Source of the DNA: Acidobacteria bacterium 13_2_20CM_57_17
GTDB lineage: Bacteria; Acidobacteriota; Terriglobia; Acidiferrales; UBA7541
Length of the DNA: 64,000 nt
Reading direction: 5' to 3'
NCBI GenBank assembly: GCA_001914785.1
Contig: MNDE01000154.1
Span: forward strand, 44,107-108,106
Within the stretch, counting starts at the first letter, position 1. Every line of letters starts with the position of its first letter. The notes beneath the pieces are model-generated. The model saw only the letters and a program-made list of their open reading frames with translations. It made no database searches and was not told where the DNA came from. Position numbers and translations under genes: made by a program. Below, one piece after another: positions 38,815 through 47,351 of the stretch.

Positions 38815-39303
38815 TCAGCTTCCCTGATTGATCCAATCGGCTTGCTCGCCCCTTCGCGAAGCTTCCATCAGCAGCACCGCCACGGCAAACAGCGCCGGAA
38901 TTGACCACCACAGACCAAATCCAACTTCCCAGACCAGCTTGGGAACTCCGGTGCGCTGGCCGAGCCATTGAAACAAGCTCCACACGTACGGCGCGCTCGC
39001 GACGCCAAAAATCCAGGACAGGCCGCAAGCCAGCCACAGTGCGCGGCGCTTGGGTTCCCGCTCGCGCAATTCCTGGGCGCGCAGGCGTACACGGAATTGC
39101 GTGCGGCTAGCAAGTCCCGCCGGAAGGGAAATGGGCGCGGTCCGCAACAACCGCAAAGCGCGATCGGTCTGGCGCGCATGCTTGGCGCAGAAATCACATT
39201 CTTCGAGATGCGCGCGGAGCCAGTTGCGGTCGGTTTCCGGCATTCCTTCCACGCGCGCTTGCGCGATCAATTGCAGGGCGCGTTGGTGCATGTTTTCGCT
39301 CAT
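38815..39303 (-). CDS. Putative zinc-binding anti-sigma factor
   Basis: HLEECDFC (HxxxCxxC), two TM helices; overlaps the sigma factor stop codon. Confidence 0.82.
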   Translation of the reverse strand: MSENMHQRALQLIAQARVEGMPETDRNWLRAHLEECDFCAKHARQTDRALRLLRTAPISLPAGLASRTQFRVRLRAQELREREPKRRALWLACGLSWIFGVASAPYVWSLFQWLGQRTGVPKLVWEVGFGLWWSIPALFAVAVLLMEASRRGEQADWINQGS

Positions 39304-39866
39304 GCTGCGGCGCCTCCCTGAAGCGCTCCGCGAAGCGCTTCGAGGCCGCGATACAACCGCGACTTCACGGTCGAGAGGGGAATGCTGAGCACGCCCGCCA
39401 TTTCGTCGATTTGCAATTCTTCCTGGAAGCGCAGGACCAACACTTCGCGATAAATGGCGGGAATTCTCTGCAGAGATGCTTGAACGCTTTCTTCGGCCTC
39501 TTGGCTAAGAACCTGGCGCAGCGGCGAAGGATCATTTTCGTCCGCGAGTTGGAGCGGATGCTCCTGTTCGGGATCCGTCAGCGTGTCCAGACTTTGCGCT
39601 TTCTTGGAGCGTTGCCAGTCGATCACCAGGTTTCGCGCAATCGCGAAGAGCCAGGCTTCGAATTTTGATTTGCCATTGTATTGATGGCCGCGCTCGAGGA
39701 CGCGGATCCAGGTTTCCTGAAAAAAATCTTCGGCGCGTTCCTTGTTCCCGGTGATGTAGATGAGATAGCGGAACAGGCGGTATTGATATTGCTCGATGAG
39801 GCGGTCGAGGAGATCGGGGTCGCGGCGTTGCAAACCGCGCGCGATGGACTTTGCTTCACCGCTCAT
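39300..39866 (-). CDS. ECF RNA polymerase sigma factor
   Basis: AEDFFQETW, FEAWLFAIARN, REVLVLRF, STVKSRLYRG; alternative start at 39959. Confidence 0.93.
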   Translation of the reverse strand: MSGEAKSIARGLQRRDPDLLDRLIEQYQYRLFRYLIYITGNKERAEDFFQETWIRVLERGHQYNGKSKFEAWLFAIARNLVIDWQRSKKAQSLDTLTDPEQEHPLQLADENDPSPLRQVLSQEAEESVQASLQRIPAIYREVLVLRFQEELQIDEMAGVLSIPLSTVKSRLYRGLEALRGALQGGAAA

Positions 39867-40020
39867 CAGCGTGGAAAAAAACAGCGTCGGTACCGGCGTC
39901 GCCGACGGACCGAAGAAGATGGACGGCTGCGGCGTCAAGCATGAGGTCGTGGCGCACATTCTAATGGGTATACGAGGAAGTATGGAAAAAGACTCAGCAG
40001 GTGACAGAGAGGCTAGATGC

Positions 40021-40111
40021 CCCCCCACCCCCCCTATGATTATGTATGAATATAAAAACAAAAGAGTTACAGAAAAAGCATTTCGTAAGCCGTTGATTCT
40101 AAAGGACACGA
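40021..40111. repeat. Second copy of the C-tract plus 27-nt-unit element
   Basis: CCCCCCACCCCCCC followed by GTATGAATATAAAAACAAAAGAGTTAC and GTAAGCCGTTGATTCTAAAGGACACGA. Confidence 0.6.
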
Positions 40112-40162
40112 TTTTGGTTGTTTTGGGTTGGCAACGGGCCGAAATTGCCGGTCTGAAAAGAA

Positions 40163-40191
40163 AAAGCGGGAGCAAGCTCCCGCACTCCAAA
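40163..40191. repeat. REP-like palindrome
   Basis: AAA-GCGGGAGC-AA-GCTCCCGC-ACTCCAAA. Confidence 0.6.
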
Positions 40192-40335
40192 TGCAGTTTT
40201 CTACGGAAGGAAGTGTACCACAAATTACTGGAAAGTCAAAGGAAAACCTTGGGAATGTCAAACCCCTTTTTGAAATGTCCCCTTAGCCAGACTCGAGAAA
40301 GTGTAACCTTGGGGGCTGGAAAGGCCTGGAGCACC

Positions 40336-41106
40336 ATGTATTGTCCCCGGTGTAAAGCGGAGTATCGACAAGGGTTTACGCGTTGCGCCGATTGCGACGT
40401 AGATTTGGTGTATGAGCCTCCCGCGTCTGCGGGCGGCCCAGGCGAAACAGGTGGACGGCCTCAAACTCCGGAGGATCCTTTTTGTTCCTTTTGGCGCGGC
40501 GACGACCCACGCATTCATGCCGAACTTTGCGAACTGTTGAACGAGGAAGGAATACCTCACAGGACTGTCCGGCGGGAAGACCACCTTTTCAACCTGAATA
40601 CCAAGAGTGCCTTTGAGATTGGGATTCCGTTTTCACAATTCGAGAAGGCGGAAGCCGCGATTAAGGCGGCATATGGGACGGAAGAAGAGCAGCAGGATGC
40701 TGCTCGCCTTCTGCCTTATGGAGAGGGGTACACGCCGGGGGTTCGCGGCGTTTTTCCGTGGCGACCTTCGGTAAAGGGTTTTGTTCGAGCCGCAATTGAT
40801 GGGGAAGAGGAACCCGAGAATGTAATGACGCCGGCTTCTGAAGAACCCGATATAGACGGGCAAGCGGAAAACATCCCGAAGGGTTGGGATCCCACGAAGT
40901 GGAATCCCGAAGAGGCCACGGTGCAAGTGTGGCTAGGGGAACAGTCTTATCCCGGAGAGATCATCGAAATGGCGCTGCGGGAAAATCAGATTCATTCGCG
41001 CTTCGAAAAGAAAACTGGAAGAAACACCATTTGCGTTTTATCAGAGGATGAAACGCGTGCCCTAGCGGTTGTGAAGGAAATCGTCGAAGGCGCGCCGCCC
41101 GAGTAG
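40336..41106 (+). CDS. Hypothetical protein with N-terminal zinc finger and two DUF2007-like domains
   Basis: GGAG RBS; MYCPRC.AEYRQGFTRCADC.VDLV; L.EEGI and LRENQI repeats. Confidence 0.78.
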   Translation: MYCPRCKAEYRQGFTRCADCDVDLVYEPPASAGGPGETGGRPQTPEDPFCSFWRGDDPRIHAELCELLNEEGIPHRTVRREDHLFNLNTKSAFEIGIPFSQFEKAEAAIKAAYGTEEEQQDAARLLPYGEGYTPGVRGVFPWRPSVKGFVRAAIDGEEEPENVMTPASEEPDIDGQAENIPKGWDPTKWNPEEATVQVWLGEQSYPGEIIEMALRENQIHSRFEKKTGRNTICVLSEDETRALAVVKEIVEGAPPE

Positions 41107-41116
41107 GTTATTCGCG

Positions 41117-41764
41117 ATGGCTCATTTGAAACAGGCGGCTGTGGGGTTTCGCGTGCACTCCGGGTGGAGCGCGGCTGTTGCGGTATCGCTTGAAAAGGGG
41201 GCGCCGGTGGTGCTGGCACGGCAGCGCATCCACCTGGTTGAAACTTTCACGTATGAGTTCCGGCAGCCGTATCACACGGCCGAGAAAATGCTGGGTGGGC
41301 AGGCACGTGAATTCATTTCGCAGATGCAGCTAGAGGCGAGACGGCTTGCTTACCGCGCGATCCGGGAGCTTCTATCCAGGACGCGAGAACAAGGGGTGAA
41401 ACTCACGCGGTGCGGGCTGCTGCTTGCTTCCGGCAGAGCGCTTCCTGAGCTGGACAAGATTCTTGCTTCGCATGCACTGATACACACTGCAGATGGGGAG
41501 CTCTTCCGCGAGGGGATTCTCCACGCGATCGCCCGTTGTGGCCTGGAAGATTTCCGAATCAAAGAAAAAGAACTCCTGGACCGCGCTGGGCGAATGCTGC
41601 GTATCAAGCCAAATGCGCTGATGCGACGCGTTACCGACCTTGGGCGGTCGGTTGGCTCCCCGTGGTCGCAGGATGAAAAATTTGCGATGTTGGTCGCATG
41701 GCTGGCCCTGGCCGCTCCCTCGAATAATAATTCCAAGAAGCGCGAGAAGGCTGCGGCATCTTGA
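41117..41764 (+). CDS. Hypothetical protein (possible RNase H-like fold)
   Basis: AVGFRVHSGWSAAVAV, QPYH, ILASHALIHTADGELFR, GSPWSQDEK. Confidence 0.75.
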   Translation: MAHLKQAAVGFRVHSGWSAAVAVSLEKGAPVVLARQRIHLVETFTYEFRQPYHTAEKMLGGQAREFISQMQLEARRLAYRAIRELLSRTREQGVKLTRCGLLLASGRALPELDKILASHALIHTADGELFREGILHAIARCGLEDFRIKEKELLDRAGRMLRIKPNALMRRVTDLGRSVGSPWSQDEKFAMLVAWLALAAPSNNNSKKREKAAAS

Positions 41765-41833
41765 CGTTCCTGCTTGTCCTGTGATTCTGTTGCCGCTGAC
41801 GTTTTCTCTGGAGGTTTCTTGAACTTTGTTGAT

Positions 41834-42679
41834 ATGAAGACGGTGGCGGTGCTGGGTGCGGGGACGATGGGGAATGGCATCGCGCATGTGTTTGCGCGGT
41901 CGGGATTCAAGGTGATTCTGCGAGACGTGGAGAAACGGTTCCTGGATCGCGGGATGGAGACGATCGGGAAGAATCTCGACCGGGAAATCAAGAAGGGGAA
42001 GATTGCGGAGGCGGAGAAGGGAACAGTGCTCGGGCGGTTGCGGCCGGTGACGGATATGGGCGCGATTGCAGTGGCGGATTTTGTCGTAGAAGCGGTGCCG
42101 GAAAAAATCGAGATCAAACGGATGGTGCTTGGCGAAGCGGAGGGAATTCTGCGGCCGGAGGTGATTATTGCGAGCAATACTTCTTCGATTTCCATGACGG
42201 CACTGGCGGCGTTGACGAAGCGGCCGGACCGGTTTGTGGGGATGCACTTCATGAATCCGGTGCCGGTGATGGCGCTGGTGGAAGTGATTCGCGCGCTGCA
42301 GACCAGCGACGCGACGTTTGAAACGACGATGAAGCTGGCGGAGAAATTGGAGAAGAAGCCGGTGGCGGTGAACGATGCGCCGGGGTTTGTTTCGAACCGC
42401 GTGCTGATGCCGCTGATTAATGAAGCGGCTTACTGCGTTATGGAAGGTGTTGCCACGGCAGAAGCTGTAGACGCGGTGATGAAGCTAGGAATGAACCATC
42501 CCATGGGGCCGCTGGAGTTGGCGGATTTTATTGGGCTGGATGTTTGCGTGGACATCATGCACGTGCTGCAGGAAGGTTTGGGCGATCCGAAATATCGCGC
42601 GTGCCCTTTGCTGAAGAAATATGTGGCGGCAGGTTGGCTTGGGCGGAAATCGGGGCGCGGGTTTTACGGCTACTCTTAG
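41834..42679 (+). CDS. hbd: 3-hydroxybutyryl-CoA dehydrogenase
   Basis: [38 protein letters not shown]. Confidence 0.95.
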   Translation: MKTVAVLGAGTMGNGIAHVFARSGFKVILRDVEKRFLDRGMETIGKNLDREIKKGKIAEAEKGTVLGRLRPVTDMGAIAVADFVVEAVPEKIEIKRMVLGEAEGILRPEVIIASNTSSISMTALAALTKRPDRFVGMHFMNPVPVMALVEVIRALQTSDATFETTMKLAEKLEKKPVAVNDAPGFVSNRVLMPLINEAAYCVMEGVATAEAVDAVMKLGMNHPMGPLELADFIGLDVCVDIMHVLQEGLGDPKYRACPLLKKYVAAGWLGRKSGRGFYGYS

Positions 42680-42711
42680 GATCAATAATTTTCGCCTTGA
42701 GCATAGGAGAC

Positions 42712-43065
42712 TTGGAGTTCATCTTGAGATTCATACCAGTGATTGTGATTCTTGGCTTGGTGGGAGCCTTTGTTATCTTTAAGGTTCTTACTCGGAATAA
42801 GCGGTATAAGCGTACAAGCACGGAAGTTGCGGATCTTCTAGAGGCTTTCTTGTTGCCGACTGGGGATCCTTGGGCCTTTGACACTCTTACCTCCTTTCCA
42901 CTTGAGGATGAAGAACTCGAGAAGATTCGCATTCGGTGTGCGAACCTCGACTCTGAGTTCCCGCCGGAAATAAAAGGACACTTCTGCGGTGAAAAGGGAC
43001 TTGAAGTGATTCGGGGCTATATTAGCCAGTTGCGAGCGGCGGCGAAGACAGGCGCGTCGAAATAG
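42712..43065 (+). CDS. Membrane-anchored hypothetical protein, lower GC
   Basis: AGGAG RBS, TTG start (alternative 42697); N-terminal TM helix; LEKIRIRC...EFPP...HFC. Confidence 0.65.
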   Translation: MEFILRFIPVIVILGLVGAFVIFKVLTRNKRYKRTSTEVADLLEAFLLPTGDPWAFDTLTSFPLEDEELEKIRIRCANLDSEFPPEIKGHFCGEKGLEVIRGYISQLRAAAKTGASK

Positions 43066-43119
43066 GCGAACATAAGGCGAAAAATAATGTTTGCTTTTTG
43101 TTCGCCATAGTGATAGTTT
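43065..43119 (+). promoter_or_regulatory. Double putative LexA box overlapping a promoter
   Basis: Box on minus strand 43065-82 (TTTCGC-CTTATG-TTCGCC), box on plus strand 43089-106 (GTTTGC-TTTTTG-TTCGCC); TTGCTT-N17-TAGTTT with extended TG. Confidence 0.75.
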
Positions 43120-43146
43120 GGCCTCGCTGTTTTCAACAGGTGCACC

Positions 43147-43350
43147 ATGCACGGTTTTTCAAGCAGTGTTCTAAGCTGTCTGGAACGTAAGAGACTCGAA
43201 GAGGATCTCTCCGAGGCGCGCATCCGGGGCCGGAACCTTTCCCGGCTGCGGCAACTGACCCGGCGGGAACGGATGGCACTGGATGAACGCGAGCAGACGG
43301 CTCAGGCGCAGCTGAGAGACCATGATGCGGAGCACGGTTGTCAACGGTGA
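43147..43350 (+). CDS. 67-aa helical protein with Cys...HxxxHGC motif
   Basis: AGGT RBS-like site; CLERKRL...LRDHDAEHGC. Confidence 0.65.
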   Translation: MHGFSSSVLSCLERKRLEEDLSEARIRGRNLSRLRQLTRRERMALDEREQTAQAQLRDHDAEHGCQR

Positions 43351-43402
43351 TCTTGATGACACTCAAGCTGTTCTGAGGCTCGAGGTTTGGACGAAGCGAA
43401 GA

Positions 43403-43429
43403 GAGATTTCTCGCTTCGCTCGAAATGAC
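43403..43429. repeat. REP-like unit inside a long stem-loop
   Basis: GAGATTTCTCGCTTCGCTCGAAATGAC, flanked by TGATCTTGATG (43348) and CGTCAAGATCA (43447). Confidence 0.55.
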
Positions 43430-43608
43430 GAGATGACGTCAAGATCAAAAGCGGGCGGCTGAAAAAAGGGATGGCGCGAAGATGAATCGAGTGGTAAACT
43501 CCACACTTCGTTACGCCCCTGGGCACAGGCGATGCGCTTTCCCTGCGCGGAACCTAGGCCGTCGGCCCCGCAGGCCAAGGCTCCTACTTTCCTCCACCGA
43601 GGTGTGAA

Positions 43609-44733
43609 ATGGCAGACGACAGAGAAAGATTGCTGGCAGCGGCGATATCGCAAATTGAAAAGGACCACGGCAAGGGCGCGATCATGCGCCTGGGCAGCCG
43701 CGATATTCTGGTGCCCGTTAGTGTGATCCCCAGCGGATGCCTCTCGATTGACGCGGCGCTGGGGGTTGGCGGTTTTCCGCGTGGGCGCGTGATCGAGATT
43801 TACGGGCCGGAATCCGGCGGCAAGACCACGATGACACTGCACGTGATCGCCGAGGCGCAGAAGCTCGGTGGACAGGCGGCGTTCATTGACGCGGAGCATG
43901 CGCTCGATCCCGTCTATGCGCGGAAATTAGGCGTGGACGTGGACAACCTGCTGGTGTCGCAGCCGGATAACGGCGAGCAGGCGTTGGAAATCGCGGAAAC
44001 GCTGATTCGTTCCGGCGGCGTGGACATCGTCGTGGTGGACTCCGTCGCAGCACTGGTTCCCAAGGCTGAACTCGAAGGCGACATGGGCGACCCGCAGATG
44101 GGACTGCAAGCGCGCTTGATGTCGCAGGCGCTGCGCAAGCTGACCGGCATCGTCTCGAAGTCGCGAACTTGCCTGATTTTCATCAACCAGATCCGCGAAA
44201 AAATTGGCGTGATGTTCGGCAACCCGGAAACGACCACGGGCGGTCGCGCGCTGAAGTTCTACGCCTCGATGCGCGTGGATATCCGGCGAATTCAGGCCAT
44301 CAAAGAAGCCGACAAGGTGGTTGGTTCGCGGACACGTGCGAAAGTAGTGAAGAACAAGGTAGCAGCGCCGTTCCGCGAAGCCGAATTCGACATCGTCTAT
44401 GGCGAGGGGATTTCGCGCGAAGGCGACTTGATCGATTTGGGCGTGGATAAGGGTGTGCTGGAAAAGAGCGGCACGTGGATTAGCTTCGGCGGCGAGCGCA
44501 TGGGCCAAGGCCGCGAAAATGCTCGCGTCTTCCTGAAGGAAAACAAGGACATTCGCGACAAGCTGGAAAATGTGCTGAGGAAAAAGCTCGAAATCCCGGT
44601 ACCGGGCAATTCAAACGCTGCTGCGACGGGGCCGAATGGGCACGCTGCCTCTGCACAGGCGGAGAAGCCGCCGATGAAGACCTCGGCGGCAACGGCAGGC
44701 GCGGATGCGTCCAAAGCGCGTCCAACCCGTTAA
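43609..44733 (+). CDS. recA: Recombinase RecA
   Basis: [53 protein letters not shown]. Confidence 0.99.
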   Translation: MADDRERLLAAAISQIEKDHGKGAIMRLGSRDILVPVSVIPSGCLSIDAALGVGGFPRGRVIEIYGPESGGKTTMTLHVIAEAQKLGGQAAFIDAEHALDPVYARKLGVDVDNLLVSQPDNGEQALEIAETLIRSGGVDIVVVDSVAALVPKAELEGDMGDPQMGLQARLMSQALRKLTGIVSKSRTCLIFINQIREKIGVMFGNPETTTGGRALKFYASMRVDIRRIQAIKEADKVVGSRTRAKVVKNKVAAPFREAEFDIVYGEGISREGDLIDLGVDKGVLEKSGTWISFGGERMGQGRENARVFLKENKDIRDKLENVLRKKLEIPVPGNSNAAATGPNGHAASAQAEKPPMKTSAATAGADASKARPTR

Positions 44734-45244
44734 ACACAACCGCATGACGGTTTGAGTCGGCTCTTCTGCCAACAGGCGAATGTGCTGCGTCTTTCTCATG
44801 GAGACGGCAACGCCTGGAATTCCACGCGCAGGCTGCCGCCTTGACCGGACGAAGGTTCAGGCTCCTGTCCTGATGGTCAGCTATTCAAAATAAAGCACAT
44901 AGCTCGTACTAGCGCTGGAAGACTATTGTGCAGGCTGGCCAGAAAACTCTAAAATATGTCTCATTCTGAGAGAAAGTGTTTCTCTTGGATACTGAGATTC
45001 CTGGCCGCACTGCGGCTAAGTTGCATCAAATCAATGGTGCTCTTGAGTGGCGGGCGGGATGCAATGTGTCTCGGCAGCGTGTCCGACGGCAGTAGCGAGC
45101 CGGTAGCAGCGACCAACAGTTTTTGTGAATGTTTGTTGACCCTGCGGGGCACGTAAGGTAAAAGTCTGACCCCGGGTGTTTTTTTTGCGTGGGCAGAACG
45201 GGGCGAGTTGACCGGTTTGCGGTCATCCGGAAAAGGCGGGAACG

Positions 45245-46336
45245 GTGAAGCAGTTCGGAAAAGCAAGTATCGCGATGTTAATGGCGGCAGTCACTGCCAT
45301 GCCTTTGCCGGCAGCGCCCGGGGCTGCGCGTACTCCCGTGAGGCGCGCTCGCAAATCCGTTGCGCGATATCGCGGAGTTCCCACGTTTGCGGATTCCACC
45401 AAGGCGGATGACGGCGCATACGATGATCCCATCGTTCGCGAAGCCGCGGTTTCCGCGCTTGGCCGTTATAACGGAGCAGTTGTCGCGGTCGACCCGAACA
45501 CCGGGCGGATCCTCACGGTCGTGAACCAAAAGATTGCTTTCGGAGACGGCTACATTCCTTGCTCTACGATTAAGCCGACCATCGCGCTGGCTGCCCTGGA
45601 AGAAAATGTCATCACTCGCGACACCATGCTCAAGGTGGGGCGCCGCAAGTACATGAACTTGACGGAAGCGATGGCGCACTCGAACAACGTGTTTTTCGAG
45701 CAGCTCGGATCGCGGATGGGATTTGAGACAGTTTCCAAGTACGGCCGCCTGCTCGGGCTGGGAGAACTCGCCGGATACAACCTGCCTGATGAGCATCCGG
45801 GATCGTTTCCGACCACGCCTCCTGCCTACGGCGGAGTCGCGCGAATGTCCAGCTTTGGCGAAGGGATTCAGGTGACCCCGCTGCAACTTGCCGCGCTCTC
45901 TGCTGCCTTTGCCAATGGCGGGACACTGTATTATTTACAGTATCCGCACAGCCAGGAAGAGGTTGAGAATTTCACGCCGCGCGTGAAGAGGGAATTGAAC
46001 ATTGGTCCGATATTGCCGGAAATCCGCGAGGGCCTGCTCGCCGCGGTGCTTTATGGGACCGGCAAATCCAGTTTCGACCGGGGCGGAGACGAGATGCCGC
46101 TCGGCAAGACGGGCACTTGCGACGACCACACGAATCCTTCGAAAATCGGCTGGTTCCTTACCTACGCCGATGACGCGCACCCGAAAATCGCGCTCGCGGT
46201 TCTGTTGCGTGGAAACACGCGCCGAGTAAAGGGTCCTACGGCCGCCGTTGTGGCGGGGCGCATCTACCGCAGACTCCGCGAACAGAATTACTTTGCGGAC
46301 TCCGCGCACGCCGTAGCCATCAATACCGGTAATTAA
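45245..46336 (+). CDS. Penicillin-binding transpeptidase-domain-only protein
   Basis: Signal peptide; STIK (SxxK), SNN, KTGT; no dimerisation or glycosyltransferase domain. Confidence 0.88.
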   Translation: MKQFGKASIAMLMAAVTAMPLPAAPGAARTPVRRARKSVARYRGVPTFADSTKADDGAYDDPIVREAAVSALGRYNGAVVAVDPNTGRILTVVNQKIAFGDGYIPCSTIKPTIALAALEENVITRDTMLKVGRRKYMNLTEAMAHSNNVFFEQLGSRMGFETVSKYGRLLGLGELAGYNLPDEHPGSFPTTPPAYGGVARMSSFGEGIQVTPLQLAALSAAFANGGTLYYLQYPHSQEEVENFTPRVKRELNIGPILPEIREGLLAAVLYGTGKSSFDRGGDEMPLGKTGTCDDHTNPSKIGWFLTYADDAHPKIALAVLLRGNTRRVKGPTAAVVAGRIYRRLREQNYFADSAHAVAINTGN

Positions 46337-46423
46337 CCTGGTATTTGGATCGCCTGCTCCTCAAACGCTGCAATCTCAAATTTATCATTCGTCCCAACAG
46401 AAAATTCATCCAATGTGAAGGAT

Positions 46424-46795
46424 TTAGGATTTAAGGAGGCCAAGTAGATCGAGTTTTTGCCGGAGGCTATCCATCGTGCATGGTTTCTGGATGTATTCGT
46501 TGGCTCCAGCATCCATCGCCGTGCCAACAAAGTCGGATTCCGAGTTTGTAGTCACCATGATCAGGGGAAGCGGGTCGTAGACGTGCAACTCGCGAACTGC
46601 ACGGATGAAATCGATGCCGCTCATCACGGGCATGTTCCAATCGACCAGCACAAGATCGGGAGGGGACATCTTCTTCAAGCGCTCCAAGGCTTCGCGGCCG
46701 TCGGCAGCCTCAACGACCTGAATGTCCATCTTCCGCAGATATTCGCAGAGGATCATGCGAATGGTCTTGGAATCTTCAACGACGAGAGCGCGCAT
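46424..46795 (-). CDS. Single-domain response regulator (CheY-like)
   Basis: VVEDS, LVDWNMP, MVTT, YIQKP. Confidence 0.92.
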   Translation of the reverse strand: MRALVVEDSKTIRMILCEYLRKMDIQVVEAADGREALERLKKMSPPDLVLVDWNMPVMSGIDFIRAVRELHVYDPLPLIMVTTNSESDFVGTAMDAGANEYIQKPCTMDSLRQKLDLLGLLKS

Positions 46796-46898
46796 GCTGT
46801 CTCTTTTCTGCGCAAAATGTATTGTCCGGCGAGCAATCTCCGCATCTCCCTGCGGAATGAAGAAGTGCCCCTAGACGCGGCCCCTGCGACGCGCAGTG

Positions 46899-47288
46899 CT
46901 AAGAAGGCTTCCGGAGCTGAGTGAGTGTGCTCATCAGAGCCGTATAGTCTTTGCTTCCTTCCTGGCCGGTCGCCGCTATTTCCGTCAAGATTTCACGGAC
47001 CGCATCCACCAGGGACAGGAGCGCGCTGATGATTTCCTGGTTGGTTACCAAGGCGCCGTCGCGCAGGGGAACCAGCAAGCTTTCGCCCGTGTGTGTGAGC
47101 GCGCAGAGTTTCGTGAAGCCTAGGAAACTCGTAGCTCCCTTTATCGTGTGCATGGCCCGGGAAACTTCAGCCAGCAATTCCCGCGAGCCTGGATTTTTTT
47201 CCAACTGAATCAGGTGGCGCTCGACTTGGTCTGCCTTTTCATTGCCTTCTTCAATAAATTCCGTGACGATGGCGCTCATATCCCCCAT
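46899..47288 (-). CDS. Stand-alone Hpt protein (CheA P1-like)
   Basis: EFIEEG, RAMHTIKG, LTHTGESLL..LRDG; stops after the P1 domain. Confidence 0.85.
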   Translation of the reverse strand: MGDMSAIVTEFIEEGNEKADQVERHLIQLEKNPGSRELLAEVSRAMHTIKGATSFLGFTKLCALTHTGESLLVPLRDGALVTNQEIISALLSLVDAVREILTEIAATGQEGSKDYTALMSTLTQLRKPS

Positions 47289-47351
47289 AACGCGATCCTT
47301 TCTCTAACACTGGCCTTGACCTTCCTGATGAGGTCCTGGTTCATCTGAAAC

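Noticed and set aside
44734-45244. Riboswitch or ncRNA in the recA-PBP gap
   Set aside because: No recognisable consensus or convincing multi-stem fold; only a TTGACC-N17-TAAAAG promoter-like sequence.
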